NCBI GenBank assembly: GCA_003344405.1
Contig: NOWV01000269.1
Coordinates: 1-64,000 of the forward strand
From: Trichoplax sp. H2
Taxonomy: Eukaryota
DNA length: 64,000 nt
Direction: 5' to 3'
Under the pieces are notes generated by a model. The model had not been told where the DNA came from. It was given only the letters and a program-made list of their open reading frames with translations, and did no database searches. Positions 44,533-58,000 of the stretch are shown here, piece after piece. Position numbers and translations under genes: made by a program. Every line of letters starts with the position of its first letter. Position 1 is the first letter of the stretch.

Positions 44533-46632
44533 ATGGAGAAGGACTCAATCGTTGAAGAAGAACACAAGGAAACAATAAAAGCTGCTATTTCAGTATCCCC
44601 GAAATATCTGGAATTATATCACGAATCCAGTTTTACAGACATTAAATTAATTATTGGTGATCGCAGTTTCTTATGCCATCGAATAGTTTTAGCTGCATGT
44701 AGTGAATATTTTTGCACTATGTTTACGAGTGATTTTAAAGAAAAGAACGAAGCAGAAGTGAACCTAGTAGAGATTGATCCTGTGATAGCCTCTCTCGTTA
44801 TCAAGTACATTTATGGTCATGAATTGGAATTGACACTAATGGAATTATCGCGTGTTCAGGCGATTTACACACTAGCTTTGCAATGGACAATCAGGGAATT
44901 ACAGAAGCAATGTCATGATTGCTTTATTGCCATCATGAATGCCAAAAATTGCTGTCAACTAGCAACTTTTGCCGATTATTATCATGCACCAAATTTACGT
45001 GATGAAATTCTAGTTTATATCAGGGAAAATTTCTCCGGATGTATAAAGGCTAAATCGATCAAAGATCTTTCCTATAATTTACTTATTAAATTAATACAAT
45101 GTGATTATCTTAATGTGACAGATGAAGATTCTCTACTAGAATCCATCAGTATCTGGATTGATTCAGATAGATCACAGAAGAAAAGATATATCATATCTTT
45201 GTTAAGTAGCTTACGCTTACCTTATATTTCGCCTGAGTCTTTAATTGCAATAGAAGAAAGATATATTGATGTCATTGAAAATTCGCTTGAATATTTAAAT
45301 ATGCTACGACGAGTTAAAAATTACAGTCACATTCCGGAAAACTATTTCGATAAATCAGCAAAACCCCGCATGTACATTAAAAATGTTGATTATTGCGGCG
45401 TTACGTCCATCCACGTAACCGATGCAAAAAAGGAACAGGATTGCTTCAATATATATGGTATCATTAATAACAAACGTTATTCACTTCAGCGCTTGGATTC
45501 TAGTACTTTTGATGATGCCAGCAACATTATTCAATTTAAGCGTGTACGCTTAACCTATGCAGCCGTCTGTGTAGGTCATAAAATTATCGTATTTGGAGGC
45601 GTTAATGAAGGTAGATTGAATTAACCTCTATCAGTGTGTAATTATAACAACGGTACAGGATTTAAATTCTCGCTAAATCTAGAGACTAGAATACTATCTC
45701 GTATAACGATGATGATATTTACTGTATCTACTGTATTGCACATGCCTTGTCGTGGATAATTTTTTTCAGGAAGATCATGCGATGGACTATATTCAGCCTG
45801 TACGACATTTGAGCTATATCTTTATTTATCATCACAGTAATTCTAGAGTTTTAGAATCTGTGCCATTCCAATGCTGTCATTCTGTATAATCACCATTGAT
45901 AGATAAATTATGAAATTAGCTATCTAAAATATTTAATTTATTGATGTAGATAAGCAAGTTCTGGATTCTATAGTCGCATTCGATGTCCGAAAAACTGAAT
46001 GGACAGTTCCTGTGTGGGGTTTTGAATTGCCGGAACCTTTAGCTTACCTTGCAGCCTGCATTTACAAGGATGATATATATATAATGGGTGGCTTAAACAA
46101 GAATAATCTGTGTTCAAATAAAGTATGGAGACTATGTAGACAAAACAAGACTTGGGAAGCAGTAGCACCATTCAATACTGCTCGTAAATGCTGTCAAATT
46201 GTTGTGGTGGATAATTCTATCTACATTGGTGGCGGTCTAGATGATAACGAGGAATTGATTACAACATTCGAAAGATATAATCCTCTACTTAACACTTGGA
46301 ATATTGTTTATGAACTTAAGACTGTATGTCATTCCATTCGCTTAATTTACGCTCGTAGTAAATTATTTATCTATCACAGTCAAAGTATTTACGACTGCTA
46401 CATGCAAAGTGTAGATGGAAAATGGTATAAAGCTTCCGAAAGCAAAATTAGTGAATGCAGTCGAGAAATTCACGGTAGTGATTACATAACCGATGGTTAT
46501 ATAGCTATCGATCAAAAGACGAATGGATATGGCTTCTTTATTCCACGTTGTAAATGCGAGTATAATGTCAAACCTGTGGAAGAAATTCCGAAAAAAGCAA
46601 ATCGCAGATCACAATTTAATTTTTTCCAATAG
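44533..46632 (+). CDS. BTB-BACK-Kelch (kelch-like) protein, copy 1
   Basis: Exons 44533-45610 and 45950-46632 (phase-1 intron). BTB (FTDIKLIIGDRSFLCHRIVLAACSEYFCTMF), BACK (NAKNCCQL...LRLPYI) and Kelch GG motifs (IVFGG, YIMGG, YIGGG). Confidence 0.9.
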
Positions 46633-48773
46633 AAATTAATCATACTGTATAATTATGTATCGGATGATACACGTATAGTTGGCCTCTTTCAAAGATGAAA
46701 AATCGCTGCGATACCATTAATAACTCTGTTGTTGTTACTGATTGCGAATGGAGCCTAGTTTATTTCGATTACTTGTCTGAAACTGTATTTTAAATATTAA
46801 TATACCCGTAAGATACAATAATTTTTAAATTTATTGAAAGTATTGAAATTTTTTTCACTCTTAATTACCATGATCCTAAATTTAATCATGAAAAATGCAT
46901 GTTTGGTTCCTTACAATCCTAGATATTACACTATAAATTAGTTAGTATTCAAATAAGACCAACCGTTATGTAGATAATCTGATTAGCCTTTAAAGATCTA
47001 GCATTCGCTAATGACTCGCAATTGATATAATCTGCAATAAGTCTTAATGAAAAGGTAATTTGACTACATGTTCGATATATCATAGTACTCTAGCAACAAT
47101 ATTAGTAACTGTATATACAATAGCTAATGAATAAATGAAGAGCAAAGAAGCAGTGATTTTCATGGATAGATTTGAGCATCCTTTATGTTATAAGAAAAAG
47201 TTCTGTATATGACGGTTATAGAATCAAAGCTGAAAGGAATTTATAACAAAAAACAAAAAACTACCTTCATGTGTGCAAGTGTTAGTATAAAATATAGAGT
47301 ATAAAACCTGTTGTATTAGGATAAATATTTATGATATTAAAGTAAATAGGTAGCTATATAAGAAGTACGGAGAGATGCTAAGGATGTCGAATTAGAGAAA
47401 TAAATGATGAGGAGTGCCACTTATTATACTATTTATTATCCTAACTGATCGACGTGAATCTCTTTTTATGATGTAATAAAGTCCACTTTACCGTTAACTG
47501 TTATTGGAAATTTATATGAAGAAGATTTAACTAGGAAAATAGTGATTATTACAGCATATTAAGATGATTTATTGCATCTCATACATTTTATAACTGATAG
47601 TTACAAAGTTGTATAAGTATGGTATTTTATGCCTGTGGTTGTAAAGATTCGTAACCGAGACTGTTTTTATGATGAGGAAGTTCAAATCAGTACTGCATAG
47701 TATAATATGAAAAAGAAGTAATTTTGTCATTTTCTGAGATATATTAAAGCGATAGTATTAAGCGACAGTACAGAGAAAACTATCTATCGCTATTAAATTA
47801 GCCGTAACATAGCTTAACTTAAGCTAAATTTCTTTTTGTTAATTAGAAAAACATTGCATAATTGCTCAATGAAAGAGCATTATACACTTCATCATTCGCA
47901 GATATCAGAAGAACAGAAAATGCCAAAACAGGATAGCTGTTTATAAACTGCGTACAAGTGTGCTATTGGTAGCAACGATGAAGGTTTTAAATGTCTAGCA
48001 TCAATTTTTGCATGGGAATAACTCTACAGTATTTGGAGGAACTGAAATAAGAAGTCGTTTTGTAATATTGATAACTTTAGACTATCAGGCCGATAAACTA
48101 CCTATAATGATTCTGATAATTTTTACACGATAGAGCTGGTATTAAATCTGAATTACCATTTAATCATTAATTATTTAGATAGTAGAGTTATGAAGTATCG
48201 CATTAACGAACAGGTATACTCGGAAGAAAAATATTTAGTAGACTTTCAGCTGATAATTAATTAATTATGGGAAACAATTTGACTAACGTTATAAAGGAAG
48301 GAAGGGCATCCTCTACTGGTTGCCTAGTAGCTACGCTAGGCTGCTGGATATTTAATGGGGCACATTGTTATCATATCGAGTTGCTACTATAATTATGCCC
48401 ATCAGGAAGCATCCAGCCGATTTTAGATAATTTATGACTACGAATTATTCGTTTGACTATAGTATATTAGAAAAGGCAATAGTATGAGGTACAGCTACGA
48501 TATAAATAAGAATGCAACTGATGAATAGTCTTCAAACAAACTGAACTGAACAGTTTGCACATAAAAAACTGCCACCTTACGTCTGTACTAAGATAGAACG
48601 ATTAGTGCAAGAGCGATAAATTATATACTTATAGCTTATTGCAGGTAAAACGCTATTAATAACCTATAAACCAGGAGGAAATTCCTATACTTATTTGGTG
48701 TCCCAAGTAGCTTACTTGCTATTATTTTATATCTCTGCAGCGGTGATTAGAACGGATCATAACGAAAAGGAAT

Positions 48774-50913
48774 ATGGAGGAAAATAACGAGTCAGTCACT
48801 GTTGAAGATCACAAGGAAGTGTTTAAAGCCTTTGTTTCGGTCTCTCCAAGCTATTTAGAATTATATGAAGAATCTAGTATTACGGATATTAAATTGATTA
48901 TTGGCGATCGTAGCTTCTTATGCCATCGAGTCATTTTAGCTGCACATAGTGAATATTTTCGTACTATGTTTACTAGTGATTTTAAGGAAAAGGACAAAGC
49001 AGAAATTAACTTAATTGAGATTGATTGTAGCATTGCATCGATCGTTATTAAATACATTTATGGTTATGTGCTAAAGTTAACATTAATGAAATTATCGCAA
49101 GTTCAGGCAGTCTATGCGCTAGCACTACAATGGGCTATCAAGGAATTACAGGAACAATGCCATTGCTACTTTATCACCATCTTAAACGCTAGAAATTGCT
49201 GTCAATTAGCAACTTTTGCTGATTATCATGCGCCAGATTTACATGATGAAATTCTAGCTTACATCACTGACAATTTCTTTAGATGTATCAAGACTAAATC
49301 ACTTCAGGATCTCTCGTATAATTTACTTGTTAAATTAATACAATGTGACTATCTTAATATTATCAATGAAGATCAGATACTTGAATCTCTTAATATTTGG
49401 ATAGATTCAGATACATCCAGTAGGAAAAAATTGATAGTATCTCTCTTATGTCATTTGCGTTTAGCATACATTTCGCCGGAATCTTTAATTTCCATAGATG
49501 AAAGGTATATGAATGAAATTGAAAATTCGCTTGAATATTTAAATGCGATACGGCGAGTTCAAAATTACCGACAAAATCCTGAAAATTATTTCGATAAATC
49601 GACGAAGCCACGCATGTACTATGAAAACATCGATTTTGTTGGCGTTACATTAGCCCACGCAGCCAGTATGAAAGCAGATTGTTATAATTTACATGGTATA
49701 ATAAATTGCAATTGCTATCCTCTTCATCGATTTGATTTCAGTACTTCAGATAAAGTTAAAGATTTTACATTATTTGAGCGTGTGCGCTTGACCTATGCAG
49801 CTGTTTGTGTTGGTCATAAAATTGTTGTTTTTGGAGGCATGAATGCAGGTAAATTGAAAAAATTTAGTCTATCGATAATCTTTGGCCAGTAAAAAATATG
49901 GCCATACAATAATAGTATTGGGCGCCGAATTAGCTGTAATGCTTGTCTAATTTCGACATCAAAATTCTATCTCGCCTACATTTATCTACGATATAAATTT
50001 AAACCTAAACTATCTGATATTTTTTTATCAAATAAATCAATTGCAATTATTATCATACTACCTATGCAACGTAAACCTCCATAAATTATAACTATGAATT
50101 AATATAGTGGTCTAAAAGCTTTGACAATTTTTTGCCTTTTCTAATCCTTCAGTTATGAATGTTTACTGTTTATAGATAGATTATAAATTGATTCTAATTA
50201 TATCATGCGCTCGTATTCAATTTTTTGACGCAGAGAAAGAAGTTCTGAATTCAGTAATTGCATTCGATTTCCGAAACGCTGAATGGACAGTTCCAGTGTG
50301 GGGTTTTGACTTACCACAACCCTTAGCTTACCTTGCTGCTTGCATTTACAATGACGAGATATACATTATGGGTGGCTTAAATGAGGATGGTCAATGTTCC
50401 AACAAAGTATGGAAACTATGTAGACAAAGCAAGACTTGGGAAGCAGTGGTATCACTAAATACTCCTCGTAAATGCTGCCAAGCTGTTGTTGTTGATAATT
50501 ATATCTATATTGGCGGTGGTCTAGATGATAATGAAGAATTAATTACAACATTTGAAAGATATGATCCTATACATAATACTTGGAATTTCGTTTATGATCT
50601 TACAGCATCAAATCTTTCAATGCGTTTGCTTTATGGTCGTAGGAAACTACTTGTCTACCGCACTCAAATTTTTCACGAATGCTACATGCAAAGTCTAGAT
50701 GGGAAATGGTATAAAACTTCCGATTACAAAATTAGCCAATTTAGTAGAGAAATAAATGGTAAAGATTATATAACCGATGGTTATATAGCTATTGATCAAG
50801 AGACGATTGAATATGGTTTCTTAATTCCTAGCTGCAAATGGCGGCGCAATATCAAGATATTCGATGCAATTCCGATAAAAATTCCGAGAAAATTAGGAGG
50901 TCGCAGACGCTAG
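48774..50913 (+). CDS. BTB-BACK-Kelch (kelch-like) protein, copy 2
   Basis: Exons 48774-49848 and 50234-50913. Same intron position and colinear similarity to copy 1. Confidence 0.9.
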
Positions 50914-53346
50914 TTATACAATGTAATAGCGTCTCTGTATCTAATTATATGATTTCTTGTATTGTATTCATATCGGTTGTATTGCAACCTTATCAGAGCT
51001 TAACGGCATTAGTTCTGTTCCTAACTAGATCAGTATAGGTACTGTATTTGTCCAGTATATAAGGTGGTGAGAAATCAGAATATAGGTAGATATTCACGTG
51101 GAAGCTTAGCTGCCGATCTCGCTTCAGTTGACTGAGAGCATACAGAAAAACAGACGCTATCGCTACCGCTAACACAGATCACAATTTAATTTTTCCAGTA
51201 GAAGTTAACCATACTTTATAATTTAATAATTATTCAGATGATCTTATGAAAGTGGATAATTGCTGCGATACCTTTTATAATAAGAATAAATATCTCTGTT
51301 TTTGTCATTGTCAAAGAAAAACTAATCATGTTCATCGAATTTATTTGATATGGTAACTTTGACTTATTTATATTCGGTGTTGTCACGATAAGAACCGCCG
51401 TGAAGAGTAAATGATTAAATTTAGTGTTTAACATTTAGATATGGAGATAACTAATAATGCCTTACAGTAAGAACTACTGTGGTTATTTTTTGTTACAGTA
51501 AATTAAACGGTATTATGGTAAGAGTTCTCATAAGGTAACTAATATTAATTGATTATAGTGTTATATCTTGTAACGCTTGTGATGAACATCCTGAAGATAT
51601 TCAATTTTAGATGATATCATAAATAATTCTGTGTGTGGACATACTGTAACTTAATTATCTAGAATCGTTTAGTACATATCCAAATTATGAATACTGTCTG
51701 TACTAATTTAGCTATCCAATTTGAGCTAAATTTCATGCCCTGCTATGACTCATACATGTTAGCTGCTGCCAAAGGGTATTTAAGCTCGGCAGATAGTTGA
51801 ATAAAAAAAAGGGTTTTATAGTTGTTTCAACGTAGAAGCAAAGGCGTCTAAATTCTTGTGCGGTAGTTAAGGGATACTGAATCCCGGAGACTGTAGTAAT
51901 TTAAAGATTTGTTTTACGTTATCTTTGTCACGAAGCTGATTTGTGACAGGTGTTATATAGAGGCTGAGAAGAAATAACTTCTTTCGTGACGGAGTTACCG
52001 TATTTTATTGTTGTAATTTATAAATTAACTTAAATTGGTCCTTTTTTATGCAGGATTATAGAAAGATTTATGAAGTCTGACATTACTTTGCTTTAGTTGG
52101 GTACCGTTATGCTAGAAAATTATTTATCAGATAAGAAAGTCGACGCTTTCTACTCTATAACTATTGATATTAACAACGATATCATCTGACGAATAGCTAG
52201 GCTATGCTAAAATGATTTCAACCAGCCAAGCACTTTTTGATTTTGTCACACAGATATAGATAGACTGCAAAAATAAATAGCTGTAGCAATATATGGGAAA
52301 TTAAGAAGTGACAAATAGTTTGATAGAAGTGGTATAGGCAAGTCGTTACTTACAAGAAAGTAATCCGGTTAAATAATTAAAATTACCCTAACTAATAATG
52401 CCATTAAACAACTATTCTAGTGCTAGGCATCTTTCAGAAAATTAAAAGAAAGAAATTCCGAAAAACAGTAGAAAAGAAATAAAGCCATGATACATAGCCC
52501 CTCACGGGTATGTTTTTATTATAGCCTCAATAGAGAGCTTAATATCTCCAGCAGTTCATCATTCACAGATATCGCTGAACGGAAGATGCAAAAACAGCAT
52601 AGCTTTTCATAAACTGCGTAGAATTATGCCATTAGCAGCATTCATGAAGGTTGTACGTATTTAGCATCAATTATCATGAAAATAACTGAAAAAAGAAAGT
52701 TTTTTTGCATTATTTCTGACTATGGACGACTAGAATGATAAATTATCCAGATATTATACAATTTTATAAGATTGAAATAGTGCTCTGCCCGAATCGTAAT
52801 TTATAATTATATTTAGATTTATAATCAATTATTAATCATAATTTAGTTAGACTATGGAATTATGAAGTACTAACGAACAGGTTCCATCTGAATAAAAACG
52901 TTAAGCAAATTCCTTACTGATCTTTTTGTGCAAAGATTTAACTACCATAAAAAGGAAGGAGAGGCGTCCCTACTGGCTATTAAGTAACTGCGCCGAATGT
53001 TGAATATTATATGCAGTGCCATATATCATTATAATGTTGACTTGCTACCATAAATTATCCTTATAAGGAAGTATCGTGTAGATTTAAGATCAATTATGAC
53101 TGCAAATTATTGCTTACGTCGGCAATAAAAAATTGAAAAGCTTGCAAGCCAAAGCTGACACTTTACATCGATTCTAAGATAGGACGATCAGCATAAGAGT
53201 AATTAATGAATAGTTCCCAAGTGCGTTAATCTATAATTTGAGAAGCAACTACTTTACCTATTTAGTGCAGCTAGCAGCCTACTTGTTTTAACTTGGTAAG
53301 TAGTATACAAGGAGCAGTGTTTAGAACTGATTAAAACGGAAAGAAA

Positions 53347-53957
53347 ATGGAGAAAAATAACGAGTCAGATGTTGAAGATCATCAAGAAATCTTTCAAGCT
53401 TCTATTGCAGTATCTTCAAAATATTTGGATTTATATGAGAAATCTAGTTTTACAGATATTAAATTGACTATTAGCAATAATAATTTCTAATATCATCGAA
53501 TCGTTTTAGCTGCGTATAGTGAATACTTTGAGACCATGTTTACAAGCAATTTTAAGGAATGGAGTGAAGTAGAAATTGTCTTAAAAGGGATTAATTCTAG
53601 TATAGCATCCATTGCTAATTATTAAATACGCGTATGATTATGCACTAGAGTTGACGTTAATAACGTTATAACAAGTTCAGGCCATTTATACGCTAGTATT
53701 GCAATGAGATATTGATGAATTATGGAAGCAATGTCATCACTACTTTATCACCACCTTAAACGCTGAAAATTGCTGTCAATTAGCAACTTTTACCGATTAT
53801 CATGCCCAAGATTTACGAGATGAAATTTTAGATTACATCACTGACAACTTTTCCAAGTGTATTGAAATTAAATCGCTTGAAGATCTGTCCTACGCATTAT
53901 TTATTCGATTAATATAATGCAATTATCGTAATGTAACTGATGAAGATAATGTACTTT
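53347..53957 (+). pseudogene. Truncated BTB-BACK pseudogene, copy 3
   Basis: Reads MEKNNESDVEDHQEIFQASIAVSSKYLDLYEKSSFTDIKLTISNNNF*YHRIVLAAYSEYF, with an in-frame TAA at 53488-53490, a frameshift near 53617 and later stops. Similarity ends near 53957, so there is no Kelch part. Confidence 0.88.
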
Positions 53958-55049
53958 GAAGAATAACTATATTACCAAGTCGTTTCCCAAGTCGTAGATA
54001 ATAATAACTCTTACACGGCTTCAATTACGATGATATCAATACTAATTACAGAAAGTCGAAAGACGACAATCATTGATTCAGTTCTGACTCACTGGTATAC
54101 AAATTGTTACTGGATACCGAAAGAAATGCGAGTTTAAAACTAAATTACGATAGCGTATTCTGACGAGTTTGTGTTGATATGGACAAAATGTATCTCATCT
54201 AAGCTCATTAACAAAATAATTTCCTTAATAGCTTATTCAATGTCATTCGAGACTCTTACTAGAGGGTTTGTAATTAACTTCTTAGCATCGTAGGTATATT
54301 AGCTCGAAAGCTGCAGGACTCTAATTATTTCCTCAATAAGCACTGTAATGTATCGTAGAATAGAAATACTTTTACTTAACTAATTCTTTAACTACCGCAA
54401 ATTTTCTTTCCGAACAACTAATTCGGCAATCTACCGCTTAACTACAGCATCCAATATGACGAGCTGAGCTAATTGAACGCTGAGAAAGCTGAGCCCTGAG
54501 CTAACTAAACGCGGAGCTGCTGCTATGCAGCAAAATATAATTACACCAAGGCTACCATTATGGCTCCTTCTATCGTAGTATCAACATTAATTACATATAT
54601 TATACGCCAATTAATAATTCCATATTTATAAGTCGTATTTACGTACATTTTGATATACTACGCATATGATGGGATGAGAATAGTGCCTTAAATTACAGTA
54701 ATTGTAGCGCTTGTGTATAAGAAGTATAGGAGCAGAATGGAGTGAAACATTATGTAACTAAGCAGCTTAAAATAGTCGATGGTAAGTGAAAAGGTAATTG
54801 TGGATTGTGACTGATATAATAAAGCGTCCAGCTTGTACTGTTCGAATTAATGACGATTATTGGAATTTCTAATAATAATGATTTAGTGTTATAAGATATT
54901 CTGACTGTATGTTACTCAGTAATTCAATGGAAAAACTGCTATGACACATGTTCTAAGCTAATCCTTTTCATTAGTATTCAAGCATCATTAAAAAATATAG
55001 CATCTAGTATGAGCCCCGTAATAAAGAATTACTACAAATTATGTATTAC

Positions 55050-58000
55050 TATGATAGGGTTTTCTATTTAAACTATATTGCTATAACCGGTACTGTAAAT
55101 TTTTCCATTTAATTATCACACTTTAATGCACTTACAAGTTAGTAACTCCAAACAACCATGGACATCATACTGAGCTATGGCATTAGCTAGCTATTATACC
55201 TTTTCCTCTCTACAATCCTTTTGGTATGCTAGCATTACATCGTGCACAAGTTCGTCCATTGAGATACATGAGCAACTGTTTACGAATCTTCTTCGCTTCT
55301 TGCGCGCTTTAGCCTTAAATTCATCTCCAACTAATATAACTGTTAGCATAGCATGTAACTATGACAGCGTTTATAAACTTTTCCTCTCTGCAGCTGCTGT
55401 ACGGTAATTTTAATATTTATTTTTCTGCTAACAAACTAACCCGTAGTGTAACGATAAATCCATGAATTATGTTATCTTATAGGGTTACACAATTACTATG
55501 GAAAGTTACAACATTGTGTCTGTTACGCTATATTGTAACGTATACTGCTGAAACTTAATAAAATTATGTATTAATGTAGTAACAGCTATATAAAATGACA
55601 AAACTATGCTTGCTTTGTCTTTTGTTTTGTATAGGAAAATATGCTACTACTGGCTATTCTAAAATTGCACCATAGATGCCTGTTATTTTTATTAAAACTG
55701 CAAATTGATTACAATTTTGCCATTTAAGTATTTACAGTTTCAATGCATTCAGTTTTGAGATGAATTGCTTTCCAATGGCATATAATTTACAATAATATTC
55801 AAAATATTAAACATTCAAAATGAGATAGTAATCTAATGTAATGCTGAAGGAGAGATTATGGCAAGCCTTCAGATATATTTGCTTTTACAGGTGCCGTTGG
55901 AGTGGTACCGTATACCTCTCAACATTTGCCTTTAAAATATCCAATACGCAAAGCATATTTTGATGAAAAATTACCATCATCTCAGCAATATGAATCTTAG
56001 CACATTCCTTTTAAATAATCGCAATTCATTCTTTAATCAAGAAATATTTTCAATTTTCAATCTTTAGAAGTTTCTCCTATCATATTCTTTAATGCATGCT
56101 TCAATAAAAAAAATTCAGAAAATCTATAAAATGTAGCAATTTCTTATGTATTTAAGAAAAAATTCTTACTGTATGATTTTATAAAGTTGCACATGTAATG
56201 ATTTGAAGAGACTACACTGTAAATCATATATTAAACATTTCCTTTTGCATTCTTTAATCTTAAAGAATTTTTAATTTTGTAAATCTCAGTAATTCTCCTT
56301 ATTACAGTATAATTCCTGTTATTCTTAAATTCTGAAAAATTCTTGAATTTTATAAAGTAAAGTAATTTCTTATGTTTTAATTTATCGAAGAGAAGATCAT
56401 CACTGTATGATTTTATAAAATTTTATATATAATAATTGAAAGTATAATAATAGATACTACTCTAGCAGAGCTTTAATGAATACGTAGCATTTGAAAGTTT
56501 ACTATCGTAATTCCTGATCGTTCAAGGTTAGCATACTTACTTAATGTTTAATATTTTGAATATAATTGCGATCTTTACCACTGCTAGGCAAATTTCTCAT
56601 AGGGTATCATAGTAAATTTATAGCAGTAATATCTGTTAATATACAAAATATCATGCAAAAAAAGCATAATGTTGCAATTTTATATAGTATGATCCGTATG
56701 TGCAGTTTGAATTAATTGCAATGGCCAATAGTTGGTATTTTAGTCATTTTTAAAGGCCAAAAGAGTTACTGTAATCTGATGGATCGCGTAATAATGCAGC
56801 CAACGGCACCTACAAGAACATAGTTTGTAGATGTATCGATGTACATAATTTTGAAATACTATTGTAGAATATATATCACGATTTTATCGTGTTTACTATA
56901 TCTAAGCACATTGATTTCTTTAAAAAGGTGAAGAATAAAATTCTTCTTCTCGCTGCAACTCTTTTAATGCAAGGCTCAACTACTGCTACCCGTAAATTTC
57001 ATGGCTACAACTGGTTAATTGTAATCTTTTTTAATTGAGGCCACTTGATGATAGAACTTAGTATATGAAATTTTAAAATCCTTGTAATTTGGTACTATCA
57101 TTCTACTTTACATTGTTCAACAGCTGCAACTTTAATTACAGCTGTTCTATTTAGCTAAAGGATGAATCTTATAGGTAATACACGAAAGCTTAACATTAGA
57201 GAATGAATAATTATACGGTTGACCAGAAATTGTATTTTGATGTGACATATTATTTTCATACTCCTTCGTAGAGTGACATACTTCTACTAAGATTATGCTT
57301 AAACAAGAAGTTCAGGGATATTTTCAGTATCTTGATTCTGTATTCTACTGCATTCCATCTAATTGTTTATGTCCCTCGAATGTAAACTCTTTCTAAGCAC
57401 AGTGAATAAGAGCAAGCCTATTAACTTGATAAATCAGTTTCACAATATCTGTTATTCTACAAAATAGTTGTCGATAGAACACTAAGCACCGTTATGCAGT
57501 TGTTTTAAGGTGTAAGGAATTTTTAAAAATACAATTTGCTGTCTTTGTATCAACCACAATGATTTTGATATAGGATAAATAAATTCTAGTTAAAATGTAT
57601 GTCTAATGAAAATGGAAAGCAACTGCTGCAGTATCTTTCTACAGGATATAATAAATAAATTTCCTGCACACTTTGATAAAGGTTGTAACAAACAACTTTG
57701 TTGGCACCAAATTGTAGAGCAAGGGTATTTACTAATTTATTTGCGGTAGCATCAGTAATCTGCTACAAATGCTGACAAGATTGCCTAAGAAATATATTGT
57801 AGTATCAATATTTCCTTGATGAAATTATCACTTTGACTGGACAGAAACATGAAAACAAGCTTAATTTAATAAGAGCTATTAATAGAATTATGTAAACTAC
57901 AAGATAATTCTCACCTTTATTACTAGAAATTTCTTTGCTCAAATATAAAATTTTATGTAGTGAATCAATTATATTTAATAAACTTGGCAGTGAAAGTCTA

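Noticed and set aside
36703..51057. Small antisense or alternate-frame ORFs overlapping SPT5 and the Kelch genes (e.g. 40040-40330, 44619-44810, 48851-49057)
   Set aside because: They are shadows of real exons with no independent evidence.
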